From: a virus
Lineage: Duplodnaviria; Heunggongvirae; Uroviricota; Caudoviricetes
Reading direction: 5' to 3' (one strand)
Length of the DNA: 18,765 nt
Virus record (IMG/VR): IMGVR_UViG_2663762908_000006
The notes under the pieces were generated by a model. The model was not told the origin of the DNA and ran no database searches. It worked only from the letters and a program-made list of their open reading frames with translations. A program made the translations under genes and the position numbers. Shown one piece after another: positions 1 through 8,963 of this stretch. The stretch's first letter is position 1. Each line of letters opens with the position of its first letter.

Positions 1-216
1 ATGAAATCCATGGACAAGTTAACAACGGGCATTGCCTACGGCACCTCCGCAGGCAGTGCTGGCTACTGGTTTTTACAGTGGCTTGATCAGGTCAGTCCAT
101 CACAGTGGGCTGCTATTGGTGTGCTGGGAAGTCTGGTTCTGGGCTTTCTGACTTACCTGACGAATCTGTACTTCAAAATAAGAGAAGACAAGCGTAAAGC
201 TGCGCGGGGAGAGTAA
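1..216 (+). CDS. Class II holin (pinholin), S21 family, 71 aa, with dual-start motif
   Basis: Translation [71 protein letters not shown] closely matches my recollection of phage 21 S21 and the K-12 EssQ/EssD holins. Two short TM segments; Met1 and Met4 (MKSM) give the classic antiholin/holin dual start. Sits directly upstream of the SAR endolysin. Confidence 0.85.
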   Translation: MKSMDKLTTGIAYGTSAGSAGYWFLQWLDQVSPSQWAAIGVLGSLVLGFLTYLTNLYFKIREDKRKAARGE

Positions 217-220
217 TTCA

Positions 221-742
221 ATGACTCAAAACTATGAACTGATTGTGAAAGGGATCCGCAATTTTGAGAATAAAGTTACGGTAACTTTAGCGTTACGGGA
301 CAAAAACCGCTTTGACGGTGAAATTTTTGACCTGGACATCTCGCTGGACCGTGTTGAAGGTGCCGCGCTGGAGTTTTATGAGGCAGCAGCCAGAAGGAGC
401 ATCAGACAGGTCTTCCTGGATGTTGCTGCCGGGTTATGTGAAGGGGATGAGCTGTCGCCGGAAAAGCGCCCCATAATTTTAGAGGCGCAGAATGTGTGGA
501 TAACCTACAAAGGAAAGCTACCGGGAAGAATTACTGGTTCTCTGAAGACGCCACCGACGGCATTGCGGTCAGAAAAAGATGATATTGAATCGCCCATTGA
601 AAAACTGGAGGGCAGCGTCGCTGATCTGAATAAAAAATTGTCGGTGCTGATTCCTTCTGAAGATGAAAAAAAACGCCGCGATGAGCAGTTTGCGGCGTTT
701 TACGATTATTGCATTGAAGTTACTCTCGCAGGAATTTTGTGA
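221..742 (+). CDS. Hypothetical protein inserted between holin and endolysin (position of YdfR/DUF1327 in Qin-like prophages; homology not verified)
   Basis: 173-aa ORF starting 5 nt after the holin stop, with a GGGGAGAG Shine-Dalgarno-like stretch about 10 nt upstream. Composition is protein-like over its full length, including the part overlapped by the antisense ORF. No motif I can assign. Confidence 0.5.
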   Translation: MTQNYELIVKGIRNFENKVTVTLALRDKNRFDGEIFDLDISLDRVEGAALEFYEAAARRSIRQVFLDVAAGLCEGDELSPEKRPIILEAQNVWITYKGKLPGRITGSLKTPPTALRSEKDDIESPIEKLEGSVADLNKKLSVLIPSEDEKKRRDEQFAAFYDYCIEVTLAGIL

Positions 743-982
743 AGATTTTTGAGGAGGGTAAATCTCTTCAGTAAGCTTAATGGCGGACGCTGCAATTAAT
801 TCAGGAAGGTCCGCAAGGTCATCTGTCAGTGGATATGATGAAAAATCGGCGGCAGTTCTGTTAAGAAGCGCTTTAACTAATTCCTTTTCCTTCTCCGGCA
901 ACAAGTTGATTAGAGCTACGACTGCTTGCCTGAGTGCGATTAAATCAGCAAAAGTTTGTTTAGGTAGATTTGTGTAATCCAT
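569..982 (-). CDS. Hypothetical antisense ORF; N-terminal ~80 aa look protein-like, C-terminal ~58 aa overlap the 221-742 gene and look non-coding (possible gene remnant)
   Basis: ATG at 982 is preceded by AGAGG about 7 nt upstream on the - strand. The first ~80 residues (MDYTNLPKQTFADLIALRQAVVALINLLPEKEKELVKALL...) are helical and protein-like. The frame stays open to 569, but that part (…KRRKLLIAAFFFIFRRNQ…FNIIFF) is low-complexity. The region looks AT-rich by eye compared with the flanks. Confidence 0.3.
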   Translation of the reverse strand: MDYTNLPKQTFADLIALRQAVVALINLLPEKEKELVKALLNRTAADFSSYPLTDDLADLPELIAASAIKLTEEIYPPQKSSQNSCESNFNAIIVKRRKLLIAAFFFIFRRNQHRQFFIQISDAALQFFNGRFNIIFF

Positions 983-1095
983 AGTCGCCTCTGTGTTTAT
1001 CAGATTGACATCCTCCTCCCGCCAGTGCCCATCACTGGTGAGGTAAGATTTAACATATCCGGGGATTTGAAGCCGATAAATCCTGATAAATATCC

Positions 1096-2123
<1,028 letters not shown>

Positions 2124-2346
2124 ATTAATATTAAATCGGATTATTTTTAGCGCTGAATGTGAAATTTAAATAAAAAGGACTCTTCCATGAGTCAAAATCC
2201 TTGAAATCTTAAGGGTAAGATAAAAGGTCATTAGACAGAATGACACGTTTTATTAATAAATAAAGCTATTGTTTCATTCGTGTGTTTTTCTTTACAAAAG
2301 TAATCCTTGCTATGGTTGGTTAATCATGCGTTAATGGTGTTCTGGT

Positions 2347-2383
2347 TTGTTACAAAATTATCTGAAGCAGTCATTGTTATAAT
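2347..2383 (+). promoter_or_regulatory. Possible promoter and long AT-rich leader of the cold-shock gene
   Basis: TATAAT at 2378-2383 about 100 nt upstream of the csp start; TTGTTA at 2347-2352 has a poor spacer (25 nt), so the -35 is uncertain. Long AT-rich leaders are typical of cspA-family genes. Confidence 0.2.
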
Positions 2384-2486
2384 TTTATTATTTGTACCTC
2401 TTGAGATTTCCTTGTTGGTTTTTCTCTCTGATATTTTTTTTCGGACCATTCTGCCCAAGGGCTAACTTCTTCAAAAGGTAATAATG

Positions 2487-2699
2487 ATGTCTAACAAAAT
2501 GACTGGTTTAGTGAAATGGTTTAACCCTGAAAAAGGTTTTGGTTTCATCACGCCGAAAGATGGTAGCAAAGATGTGTTTGTCCATTTCTCAGCTATTCAG
2601 AGCAACGATTTCAAAACGTTAACTGAGAATCAGGAAGTCGAATTTGGTATTGAGAACGGACCTAAAGGCCCCGCGGCTGTTCATGTTGTGGCACTTTGA
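2487..2699 (+). CDS. cspI: Cold-shock protein, CspA family (CspI-like)
   Basis: 70 aa from the second Met: [38 protein letters not shown]... carrying RNP1 (KGFGFI) and RNP2 (VFVHF) motifs. Matches my recollection of Qin-prophage CspI. Confidence 0.9.
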   Translation: MSNKMTGLVKWFNPEKGFGFITPKDGSKDVFVHFSAIQSNDFKTLTENQEVEFGIENGPKGPAAVHVVAL

Positions 2700-2898
2700 G
2701 GTAGAAAATATTACAAACCATATTCACTTTAGATGCCCGTGTTGCCATGGTTCTCAGTATAGAACATCATCTTTTGATGTTTCTGACAGGAATCCTTTCG
2801 GGGCAAAATGTATCTTTTGTAAATCAATGATGATTACATTTGATAATATTTCACAATACTTAAATGTTAGCCGTCTATCGTTAGATTTAAGAAAGTGA
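2683..2898 (+). CDS. Small Cys-rich (zinc-ribbon-like) protein, start uncertain
   Basis: ORF overlapping the csp 3' end, with motif C-P-C-C-H-G ... C-I-F-C ([34 protein letters not shown]). Ends 6 nt before a strong intrinsic terminator, so it is probably co-transcribed with the csp gene. No clear SD for ATG 2683; the true start may be non-canonical. May correspond to a known small Qin-prophage protein but I cannot verify. Confidence 0.4.
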   Translation: MLWHFEVENITNHIHFRCPCCHGSQYRTSSFDVSDRNPFGAKCIFCKSMMITFDNISQYLNVSRLSLDLRK

Positions 2899-2903
2899 AA
2901 ATG

Positions 2904-2928
2904 AAGGCTCCTTCGGGAGCTTTTTTGC
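2904..2928 (+). terminator. Rho-independent terminator
   Basis: AAGGCTCC-TTCG-GGAGCTT stem-loop (GC-rich stem, TTCG tetraloop) followed by TTTTTT at 2921-2926. Confidence 0.6.
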
Positions 2929-3046
2929 TTAGTGTCTAGTCGATGGATACTCACATATTACGGTAACATTATGAAAAAAAATAATAGTTTTTTTTAACTC
3001 TGAACCAGCAATGGTAGTGCCAGTGATGACCGGAGTTAACACCATC

Positions 3047-3202
3047 ATGCGTGAATATCCAAATGGCGAAACAACACACCTCACTGTAATGGCTGCAGGG
3101 TTTCCATCTCTGACCGGAGATCATAAAGTCATTTATGTAGCAGCGGATCGACATGTAACTTCAGAAGAAATTCTGGAAGCAGCAATGAGACTCTTGAATT
3201 GA
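3047..3202 (+). CDS. ynfN: Small protein, YnfN-like (51 aa from this start; start uncertain, ORF opens at 3011)
   Basis: ORF 3011-3202. A 51-aa product from Met 3047 (MREYPNGETTHLTVMAAGFPSLTGDHKVIYVAADRHVTSEEILEAAMRLLN) matches the size and position of YnfN between cspI and gnsB in Qin. Assignment is by synteny and recollection only. Confidence 0.5.
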   Translation: MREYPNGETTHLTVMAAGFPSLTGDHKVIYVAADRHVTSEEILEAAMRLLN

Positions 3203-3374
3203 TTTGATTCTAATGCATTGATAATAAATGATAATCATCTTTATCTGTTTGTGTGAAATTTAGACCGTCGTATGTTGATTATTGCGATGTTTCATCTTAT
3301 CTTTTATACGTTTGCTCCATATAATTGACACTACTGTGTACCAGGAAAGTCATAACAGACTAAAAGAGGAAATG

Positions 3375-3548
3375 ATGAACATTGAAGAGTTAAAAACAAA
3401 AACAGAAGCAGATATTTCTGAATATATAACAAAAAAAATCATTGAGCTTAAGAAAAAGACCGGGAAAGAAGTTACCAGTATCCAGTTTACTGCACGGGAA
3501 AAAATGACTGGTCTTGAAAGCTATGATATCAAGATTGATTTAATCTAG
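3375..3548 (+). CDS. gnsB: GnsA/GnsB-family small protein
   Basis: 57 aa: MNIEELKTKTEADISEYITKKIIELKKKTGKEVTSIQFTAREKMTGLESYDIKIDLI, closely resembling K-12 GnsB as I recall it. GAGGA SD at 3366-3370. The Qin-like cspI - ynfN - gnsB order is conserved. Confidence 0.8.
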   Translation: MNIEELKTKTEADISEYITKKIIELKKKTGKEVTSIQFTAREKMTGLESYDIKIDLI

Positions 3549-3608
3549 TCTGTTTAGTATTAGCATCAATTTCTCATCAGATGCTATTCAACAATACAAA
3601 TTACCCAT

Positions 3609-3634
3609 AAACCTCGTTTTTACGGGGTTTTGTT
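3609..3634 (+). terminator. Probable rho-independent terminator after gnsB
   Basis: AAACCTCG / CGGGGTTT stem (one G-U pair) with a T-rich loop, followed by TTTT. Confidence 0.45.
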
Positions 3635-3841
3635 ATATTTAAACATTACCGAATAGGTATAAATCTCGATTGTCGATGGTATTGGTTGTGTGACAATACC
3701 TAGTCTTTCCGGTATGCCTGAAGAGAATACAAACGACAGATTATGTAAGGGAAACGCGCTGAATCTTTAACTCTTTCATGCTGAGTGATTTGACGTTATA
3801 TTTTTAGCCGTAAGTGAAGAGCAAACGCATGGAGCGACAAA

Positions 3842-4048
3842 ATGCATAAAGATCAATACACTGATGCCCCCTCCCAGGAGCAGGTTCGTGTAAAAACTAT
3901 GCTTAATAGCACCATTTCGATGGGTTACCCGGATGTTGTAATTGCATGTATAGAACATCAAGTGTCTCTGGAAGCATTCAGGGCAATTGAGGCCGCGTTA
4001 GTAAAGCACGATAAGAATACGAAGGATTATTCCCTGGTGGTTGACTGA
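3842..4048 (+). CDS. Hypothetical small protein (68 aa)
   Basis: ATG preceded by GGAG about 7 nt upstream; protein-like composition ([58 protein letters not shown]...). Last ORF of the accessory island before the cos region. Family not recognised. Confidence 0.4.
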   Translation: MHKDQYTDAPSQEQVRVKTMLNSTISMGYPDVVIACIEHQVSLEAFRAIEAALVKHDKNTKDYSLVVD

Positions 4049-4411
4049 TCACCATAACTGCTAACCATTCTGACCATTTCACAAGTGACAGAGTCAATAT
4101 CGTATTCTGTCACTGTCAGGCTAATACAGCAATGCAATTCAACTACAGCAATGCCTCGTATTTAGGTGAATTTACAATATCGTCCAGTTCGGATGCCGGC
4201 TGCATTTCTGAAGATAAGGCATTTCGGTTCTCGTATTTTCCCCTCATGCTCGTCAGTCCTGCGCGTAGTAAGAAACAGGACACTCACACTAATTTGTGTG
4301 GGCATGCTGTGATGTCCTTCTGAATTATCCCCATGCCATTATGTAAAGCTCTGTTTCAGATGCTCGTCACGGTTGTCAGGCTGTCGGGTCCTCCCAGTGG
4401 GGGTCCCTGCC

Positions 4412-4431
4412 ACGGGGCGGGAGCGTCGCGG
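4412..4431 (+). other. Putative cosN (cohesive-end site), with an IHF-like site at 4478-4490 in a putative cosB
   Basis: ACGGGGCGGGAGCGTCGCGG resembles the lambda cosN region as I recall it (ACGGGGCGGCGACCTCGCGG; left end GGGCGGCGACCT). It lies about 195 bp upstream of the Nu1-like gene, matching lambda spacing. TAATTTATTGATA at 4478-4490 fits the IHF consensus WATCAANNNNTTR on the - strand. Confidence 0.4.
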
Positions 4432-4610
4432 AAAAAGGCTAGTTTTTGCATTTCCATGGCGGCGGCAGCATGTTTGGTAATTTATTGATAATTAAAAGTT
4501 ATTTCTCTTTTCAGCTGTACAATATTTTTTTCTCCCTGTCATTAGACTAGTTTGCAATTAATTGAAATATATAAATAAACCTGATTTTCACCTGCCAGAT
4601 GGAGTTGCTT

Positions 4611-5138
4611 ATGTCAAATGTGAGCGGGATCGGTGATGCTTATTACTGGAGTGTTTTTAAAATCGCCGAGGCCTTTGGGCTTCACTGGGACACAGTAAAA
4701 AAACGGCTCCTCGCGGCCAACACTCCTGTGGCTGCGACTGTCAGGGGGAACCCCGTTTACGCCCTGCAGCATGTCGGGCCTGCCCTGTTTAGTGTGAAGC
4801 ATGAGGCAGCAGACTCTGTTCATGATCCATCCCGTATGGAGCCGAAAGAGAGAAAGGACTGGTACCAGTCGGAAAATGAAAGGATCAAGCTGGAAAAGGA
4901 GCAGCGAAAACTCATCCCCGTTGATGAAGTAGTCATCGTCTATTCGTCCATGAGAAAGGCTGTCGTCCAGGTTCTGGAGACAATTCCGGATGTTCTTGAA
5001 CGCGATTGCGCCCTGACTCCTCAGGCCGTTGGCGTTGTACAGCAGGCCATTGATGACCTGCGATACACTCTTCAGGAAAAATCCTACGAGGCTTGTGCTG
5101 CTGAATTAATTCCTGATGAGGAAGGAGAGAGTCTCTAG
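4611..5138 (+). CDS. Terminase small subunit (Nu1-like)
   Basis: Immediately upstream of the gpA-family large terminase, with stop adjacent to the TerL SD. The N-terminal region has a winged-HTH-like pattern comparable to lambda Nu1. GGAG 6 nt upstream of ATG 4611; the ORF opens at 4599. Confidence 0.6.
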   Translation: MSNVSGIGDAYYWSVFKIAEAFGLHWDTVKKRLLAANTPVAATVRGNPVYALQHVGPALFSVKHEAADSVHDPSRMEPKERKDWYQSENERIKLEKEQRKLIPVDEVVIVYSSMRKAVVQVLETIPDVLERDCALTPQAVGVVQQAIDDLRYTLQEKSYEACAAELIPDEEGESL

Positions 5139-5146
5139 GAGGAATA

Positions 5147-7246
5147 ATGGGTTTTTCATCAGCCCGAAATTTGGGAAGGGACATATCGGCAGGATTTTCC
5201 CCACCACGTCGCATGCCGATTTCGGAGGCTGTTAAAAAATTCATGCGTGTTCCCAAGGGGGCTGGTAACTCGGTGCCATGGGATCCTGAACTGACACCCT
5301 ACATCATTGAGCCCATGAACTGCCTGGCATCGCGTGAATACGATGCGGTGATTTTTGTTGGTCCTGCGCGAACAGGGAAGACCATTGGTCTGATCGATGG
5401 ATGGATTGTCTATACCATCGTTTGCGATCCTTCGGACATGCTCGTTGTGCAGATGACCGAAGATAAGGCCCGCGAGCATTCAAAAAAGCGCCTCGACAGA
5501 ACGTTCAGAAGCAGTGCGGCGGTAAAGAAAAGAATGAGTCCACGTCGTAATGACAATAATGTCCATGATAAGACGTTCAGGGATGGCTCGTTCCTTAAAA
5601 TTGGTTGGCCCTCGGTCAACATTATGTCGTCGTCGGATTACCGGTTTGTCGCCTTAACCGATTACGACCGTTTTCCGGAGAATATCGACAGCGAGGGTGA
5701 TGGTTTCTCCCTGGCCTCAAAACGTACCACCACATTTATGTCCGCCGGGATGACTCTGGTGGAGAGCTCGCCGGGACGTGACATCTGCGACAGCAAATGG
5801 CGACGTAAGTCGCCTCATGAAGCGCCACCGACGACTGGTATTCTTTCCCTTTACAATCGTGGTGACCGCCGCCGCTGGTACTGGCCATGTCCGCACTGCG
5901 GTGAATATTTTCAGCCAGCCATGGATGCCATGACCGGCTACCGTAATGAACCGGATCCCTTTAAAGCCAGTGAGGCGGCGTATCTACTTTGCCCGCACTG
6001 CAGCGGCATTATCACGGCGGAGAAAAAGCGTGAGCTCAATAGTGCAGGAGTCTGGTTGCGTGAAGGTCAGGTCATTGATTGTAACGGCAACGTTTCCGGT
6101 GAACCGCGCCGCTCCCGTATCGCCAGTTTCTGGATGGAAGGGCCAGCTGCTGCGTATCAGACCTGGGCGCAACTGGTTTACAAATTACTGACTGCAGAAC
6201 AGGAGTATGAAGCGACAGGAAGTGAAGAAACACTCAGGGCGGTTATCAACACCGACTGGGGATTACCTTATCTTCCCCGCGCCAGCATGGAGCAACGAAA
6301 AAGTGAACTGCTTGAGCAGCGGGCAGAGCCAGTTCCTTCCCGCAGTGTGCCGGATGGCGTTAATTTTCTTGTGGCGACAGTGGATGTGCAGGCGGGACGT
6401 CATCGCCGTTTTGTGGTTCAGGTAACGGGCTATGGCAGCCGTGGCGAACGCTGGATTATTGATCGTTACAACATCACGCAGTCATTGCGCGGTGACAGCG
6501 ACGGGGAGAGCCAGCGAATTGATCCGGCCAGCTATCCGGAAGACTGGGATGTCCTGCTGACGGATGTTTTTCATAAAAGCTGGCCGCTGGCCTCCGATCC
6601 TTCTCAACAAATGCGACTGATGGCAATGGCGGTGGACTCCGGCGGTGAAGACGGGGTCACTGATAATGCCTATAAATTCTGGCGTCGTTGCCGTCGTGAT
6701 GGCCTTGGTAAACGTATTTACCTGTTTAAGGGCGACAGCATCCGGCGCGCAAAACTGATCACCCGTACATTCCCTGATAACACCGGACGAACGGGCCGAC
6801 GGGCGCAGGCCGCAGGTGATGTGCCGCTCTGGCTTCTTCAGACGGATGCACTGAAAGACCGGGTGAATAACGCGTTATGGCGTGACTCGCCAGGTCCCGG
6901 CTATGTGCATTTCCCTGACTGGCTGGGGAGCTGGTTTTACGACGAACTGACGTATGAAGAGCGGAGCAGTGACGGGAAATGGAGTAAGCCGGGTCGCGGT
7001 GCCAACGAAGCTTTTGACCTGATGGTGTATGCCGAGGCTCTGGTCATTCTGCATGGATACGAAAAGATCCGCTGGCCGGATGCACCGGAGTGGGCGAGCC
7101 GGGAAACCTGGCTGGAGTGTGTCCCGGACAGTACCGAACCGTCATCCTCACCGGAACCGGTATCCACGCCTGTTAAAAAACAAAAACGGAAGAAAACAGT
7201 AACTGACGATGTTAACCCCTGGCTGACTTCCGGAGGATGGTTATGA
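5147..7246 (+). CDS. A: Terminase large subunit (lambda gpA family)
   Basis: 699 aa with AGGAGG SD. Walker A-like VGPARTGKT and a zinc-finger-like CPHCGEYF...CPHCSG pair, as in lambda gpA (CPHCGEE...). Size and position fit. Confidence 0.9.
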   Translation: MGFSSARNLGRDISAGFSPPRRMPISEAVKKFMRVPKGAGNSVPWDPELTPYIIEPMNCLASREYDAVIFVGPARTGKTIGLIDGWIVYTIVCDPSDMLVVQMTEDKAREHSKKRLDRTFRSSAAVKKRMSPRRNDNNVHDKTFRDGSFLKIGWPSVNIMSSSDYRFVALTDYDRFPENIDSEGDGFSLASKRTTTFMSAGMTLVESSPGRDICDSKWRRKSPHEAPPTTGILSLYNRGDRRRWYWPCPHCGEYFQPAMDAMTGYRNEPDPFKASEAAYLLCPHCSGIITAEKKRELNSAGVWLREGQVIDCNGNVSGEPRRSRIASFWMEGPAAAYQTWAQLVYKLLTAEQEYEATGSEETLRAVINTDWGLPYLPRASMEQRKSELLEQRAEPVPSRSVPDGVNFLVATVDVQAGRHRRFVVQVTGYGSRGERWIIDRYNITQSLRGDSDGESQRIDPASYPEDWDVLLTDVFHKSWPLASDPSQQMRLMAMAVDSGGEDGVTDNAYKFWRRCRRDGLGKRIYLFKGDSIRRAKLITRTFPDNTGRTGRRAQAAGDVPLWLLQTDALKDRVNNALWRDSPGPGYVHFPDWLGSWFYDELTYEERSSDGKWSKPGRGANEAFDLMVYAEALVILHGYEKIRWPDAPEWASRETWLECVPDSTEPSSSPEPVSTPVKKQKRKKTVTDDVNPWLTSGGWL

Positions 7247-7455
7247 ACCAGAATGATATCGAAGCCATGATTCAGCGTTATACGGAAGCTGAAATGGCGG
7301 TGCTGGACGGAAAATCCGTCACCTTTAATGGTCAGCAGATGACCATGGAAAACTTATCTGAGATCCGGCAGGGACGGCAGGAGTGGGAGCGCCGCCTTGC
7401 GGCTCTGATTACACGACGACGGGGGCATCCCGGGTATCGGCTGGCGAGGTTCTGA
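7243..7455 (+). CDS. W: Head-tail joining protein gpW-like
   Basis: 70 aa, start overlapping the TerL stop (ATGA) with GGAGGA 8 nt upstream. C-terminus ...RRRGHPGYRLARF resembles lambda gpW ...RRRGPAGFYV. Lambda gene order A-W-B. Confidence 0.8.
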   Translation: MNQNDIEAMIQRYTEAEMAVLDGKSVTFNGQQMTMENLSEIRQGRQEWERRLAALITRRRGHPGYRLARF

Positions 7456-8963
7456 TGGCAATTCTTGATGATGTGATTGGCGTTTTTTCACCAGGATGGA
7501 AAGCGGCAAGGCTGCGTTCCCGTGCGGTGATCCAGGCTTATGAGGCCGTAAAAACGACGCGGACACACAAAGCCCGACGGGAGAACCGAACTGCCGACCA
7601 GTTAAGCCAGTACGGGGCCGTGTCGTTACGTGAGCAGGCCCGTTACCTTGATAACAACCACGATCTGGTTATTGGTGTATTTGACAAGCTGGAAGAACGG
7701 GTGGTGGGGAAAAACGGGATTATTGTCGAGCCACATCCGGTATTACGCAATGGGGCCATTGCCCGTGACCTGGCTGCGGAGATTCGCACCCGATGGAGTG
7801 AATGGTCTGTCAGCCCGGAAGTCACCGGGCAGTTTACCCGTCCGATGCTGGAACGTCTGATGCTTCGTACCTGGCTGCGCGATGGTGAGGTGTTTGCCCA
7901 GATGGTTTCCGGGCGCATAAACAGCCTGACGCCTTCTGCCGGTGTTCATTTCTGGCTGGAGGCGCTCGAGCCGGACTTTATTCCCATGACCAGTGATGAG
8001 AGCAACAGGCTGAATCAGGGCGTGTTTGTTGATGACTGGGGGCGTCCCGAAAAATATCTGGTGTATAAAAGCCGTCCCGTATCCGGACGGCAGATGGAAA
8101 CCAAAGAAGTGGATGCAGAGCGAATGCTGCATCTTAAATTTGTTCGCCGTCTGCACCAGATGCGCGGGACGTCTTTATTGTCCGGTGTGCTGATCCGCCT
8201 CAGTGCTCTGAAAGAGTATGAAGATTCTGAGCTGACTGCAGCAAGGATCGCCGCTGCTCTGGGGATGTACATCCGGAAAGGCGACGGGCAGAGCTATGAA
8301 GCGGATGGTAATGGCAGCAAGGATAAGGAACGCGAGCTTACCATTCAGCCAGGCATTATTTACGATGATCTGAAACCCGGCGAAGAAATCGGAATGGTGA
8401 AGTCGGATCGCCCCAATCCTAACCTTGAAACTTTTCGTAATGGTCAGTTGCGTGCCGTGGCGGCGGGCAGTCGTCTGAGTTTTTCCAGTACAGCGCGCAA
8501 CTATAACGGCACTTACAGCGCCCAGCGTCAGGAGCTGGTTGAATCCACTGATGGCTACCTGATCCTGCAGGACTGGTTTATTGGTGCCGTCACCCGTCCG
8601 ATGTATCGTGCCTGGCTGAAACAGGCTGTGGCATCCGGTGTTATCAGGCTACCCCGCGATCTTGACCGTTCTTCACTGTATACCGCGGTGTATTCCGGAC
8701 CGGTGATGCCGTGGATTGACCCTGTTAAGGAGGCTGAGGCCTGGAAAATCCAGATTCGTGGTGGAGCGGCGACAGAATCAGACTGGGTACGTGCTGGTGG
8801 TCGTAATCCGGATGATGTCAAACGTCGGCGCAAGGCCGAAATTGATGAAAACCGCAAGCTGGATCTGGTATTTGATACCGATCCGGCCAGTGATAAAGGA
8901 GGCAGCAGTGCCGCAACGAAACGACATGAGCCGCAGCACACCGACGACCAGTCCGAAGAATAA
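7455..8963 (+). CDS. B: Portal protein (lambda gpB family)
   Basis: 502 aa, ATG overlapping the gpW stop (TGATG). Size and position between W and the protease/capsid gene match the lambda portal. Confidence 0.85.
   Translation: MAILDDVIGVFSPGWKAARLRSRAVIQAYEAVKTTRTHKARRENRTADQLSQYGAVSLREQARYLDNNHDLVIGVFDKLEERVVGKNGIIVEPHPVLRNGAIARDLAAEIRTRWSEWSVSPEVTGQFTRPMLERLMLRTWLRDGEVFAQMVSGRINSLTPSAGVHFWLEALEPDFIPMTSDESNRLNQGVFVDDWGRPEKYLVYKSRPVSGRQMETKEVDAERMLHLKFVRRLHQMRGTSLLSGVLIRLSALKEYEDSELTAARIAAALGMYIRKGDGQSYEADGNGSKDKERELTIQPGIIYDDLKPGEEIGMVKSDRPNPNLETFRNGQLRAVAAGSRLSFSSTARNYNGTYSAQRQELVESTDGYLILQDWFIGAVTRPMYRAWLKQAVASGVIRLPRDLDRSSLYTAVYSGPVMPWIDPVKEAEAWKIQIRGGAATESDWVRAGGRNPDDVKRRRKAEIDENRKLDLVFDTDPASDKGGSSAATKRHEPQHTDDQSEE

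Noticed and set aside
780-977. + strand 65-aa ORF opposite the antisense gene
   Set aside because: Ser/Ala-rich, low-complexity translation with no SD; it is the antisense shadow of the more protein-like - strand reading.
2124-2230. Possible terminator hairpin after Rz (GACTC...GAGTC)
   Set aside because: Short 5-bp stem with no following T-run; not convincing as an intrinsic terminator.
4132-4323. 63-aa ORF in the region upstream of cos
   Set aside because: No ribosome-binding site and an implausible composition. The region is more likely non-coding cos-proximal DNA.
5159-7167. Several - strand ORFs of 60-107 aa inside the terminase gene
   Set aside because: Antisense to a long, well-supported gene; Arg/Pro/Ser-rich translations typical of reverse-strand artefacts.
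7643-8941. - strand ORFs of 85-137 aa inside the portal gene
   Set aside because: Antisense artefacts within a conserved structural gene; no start signals.
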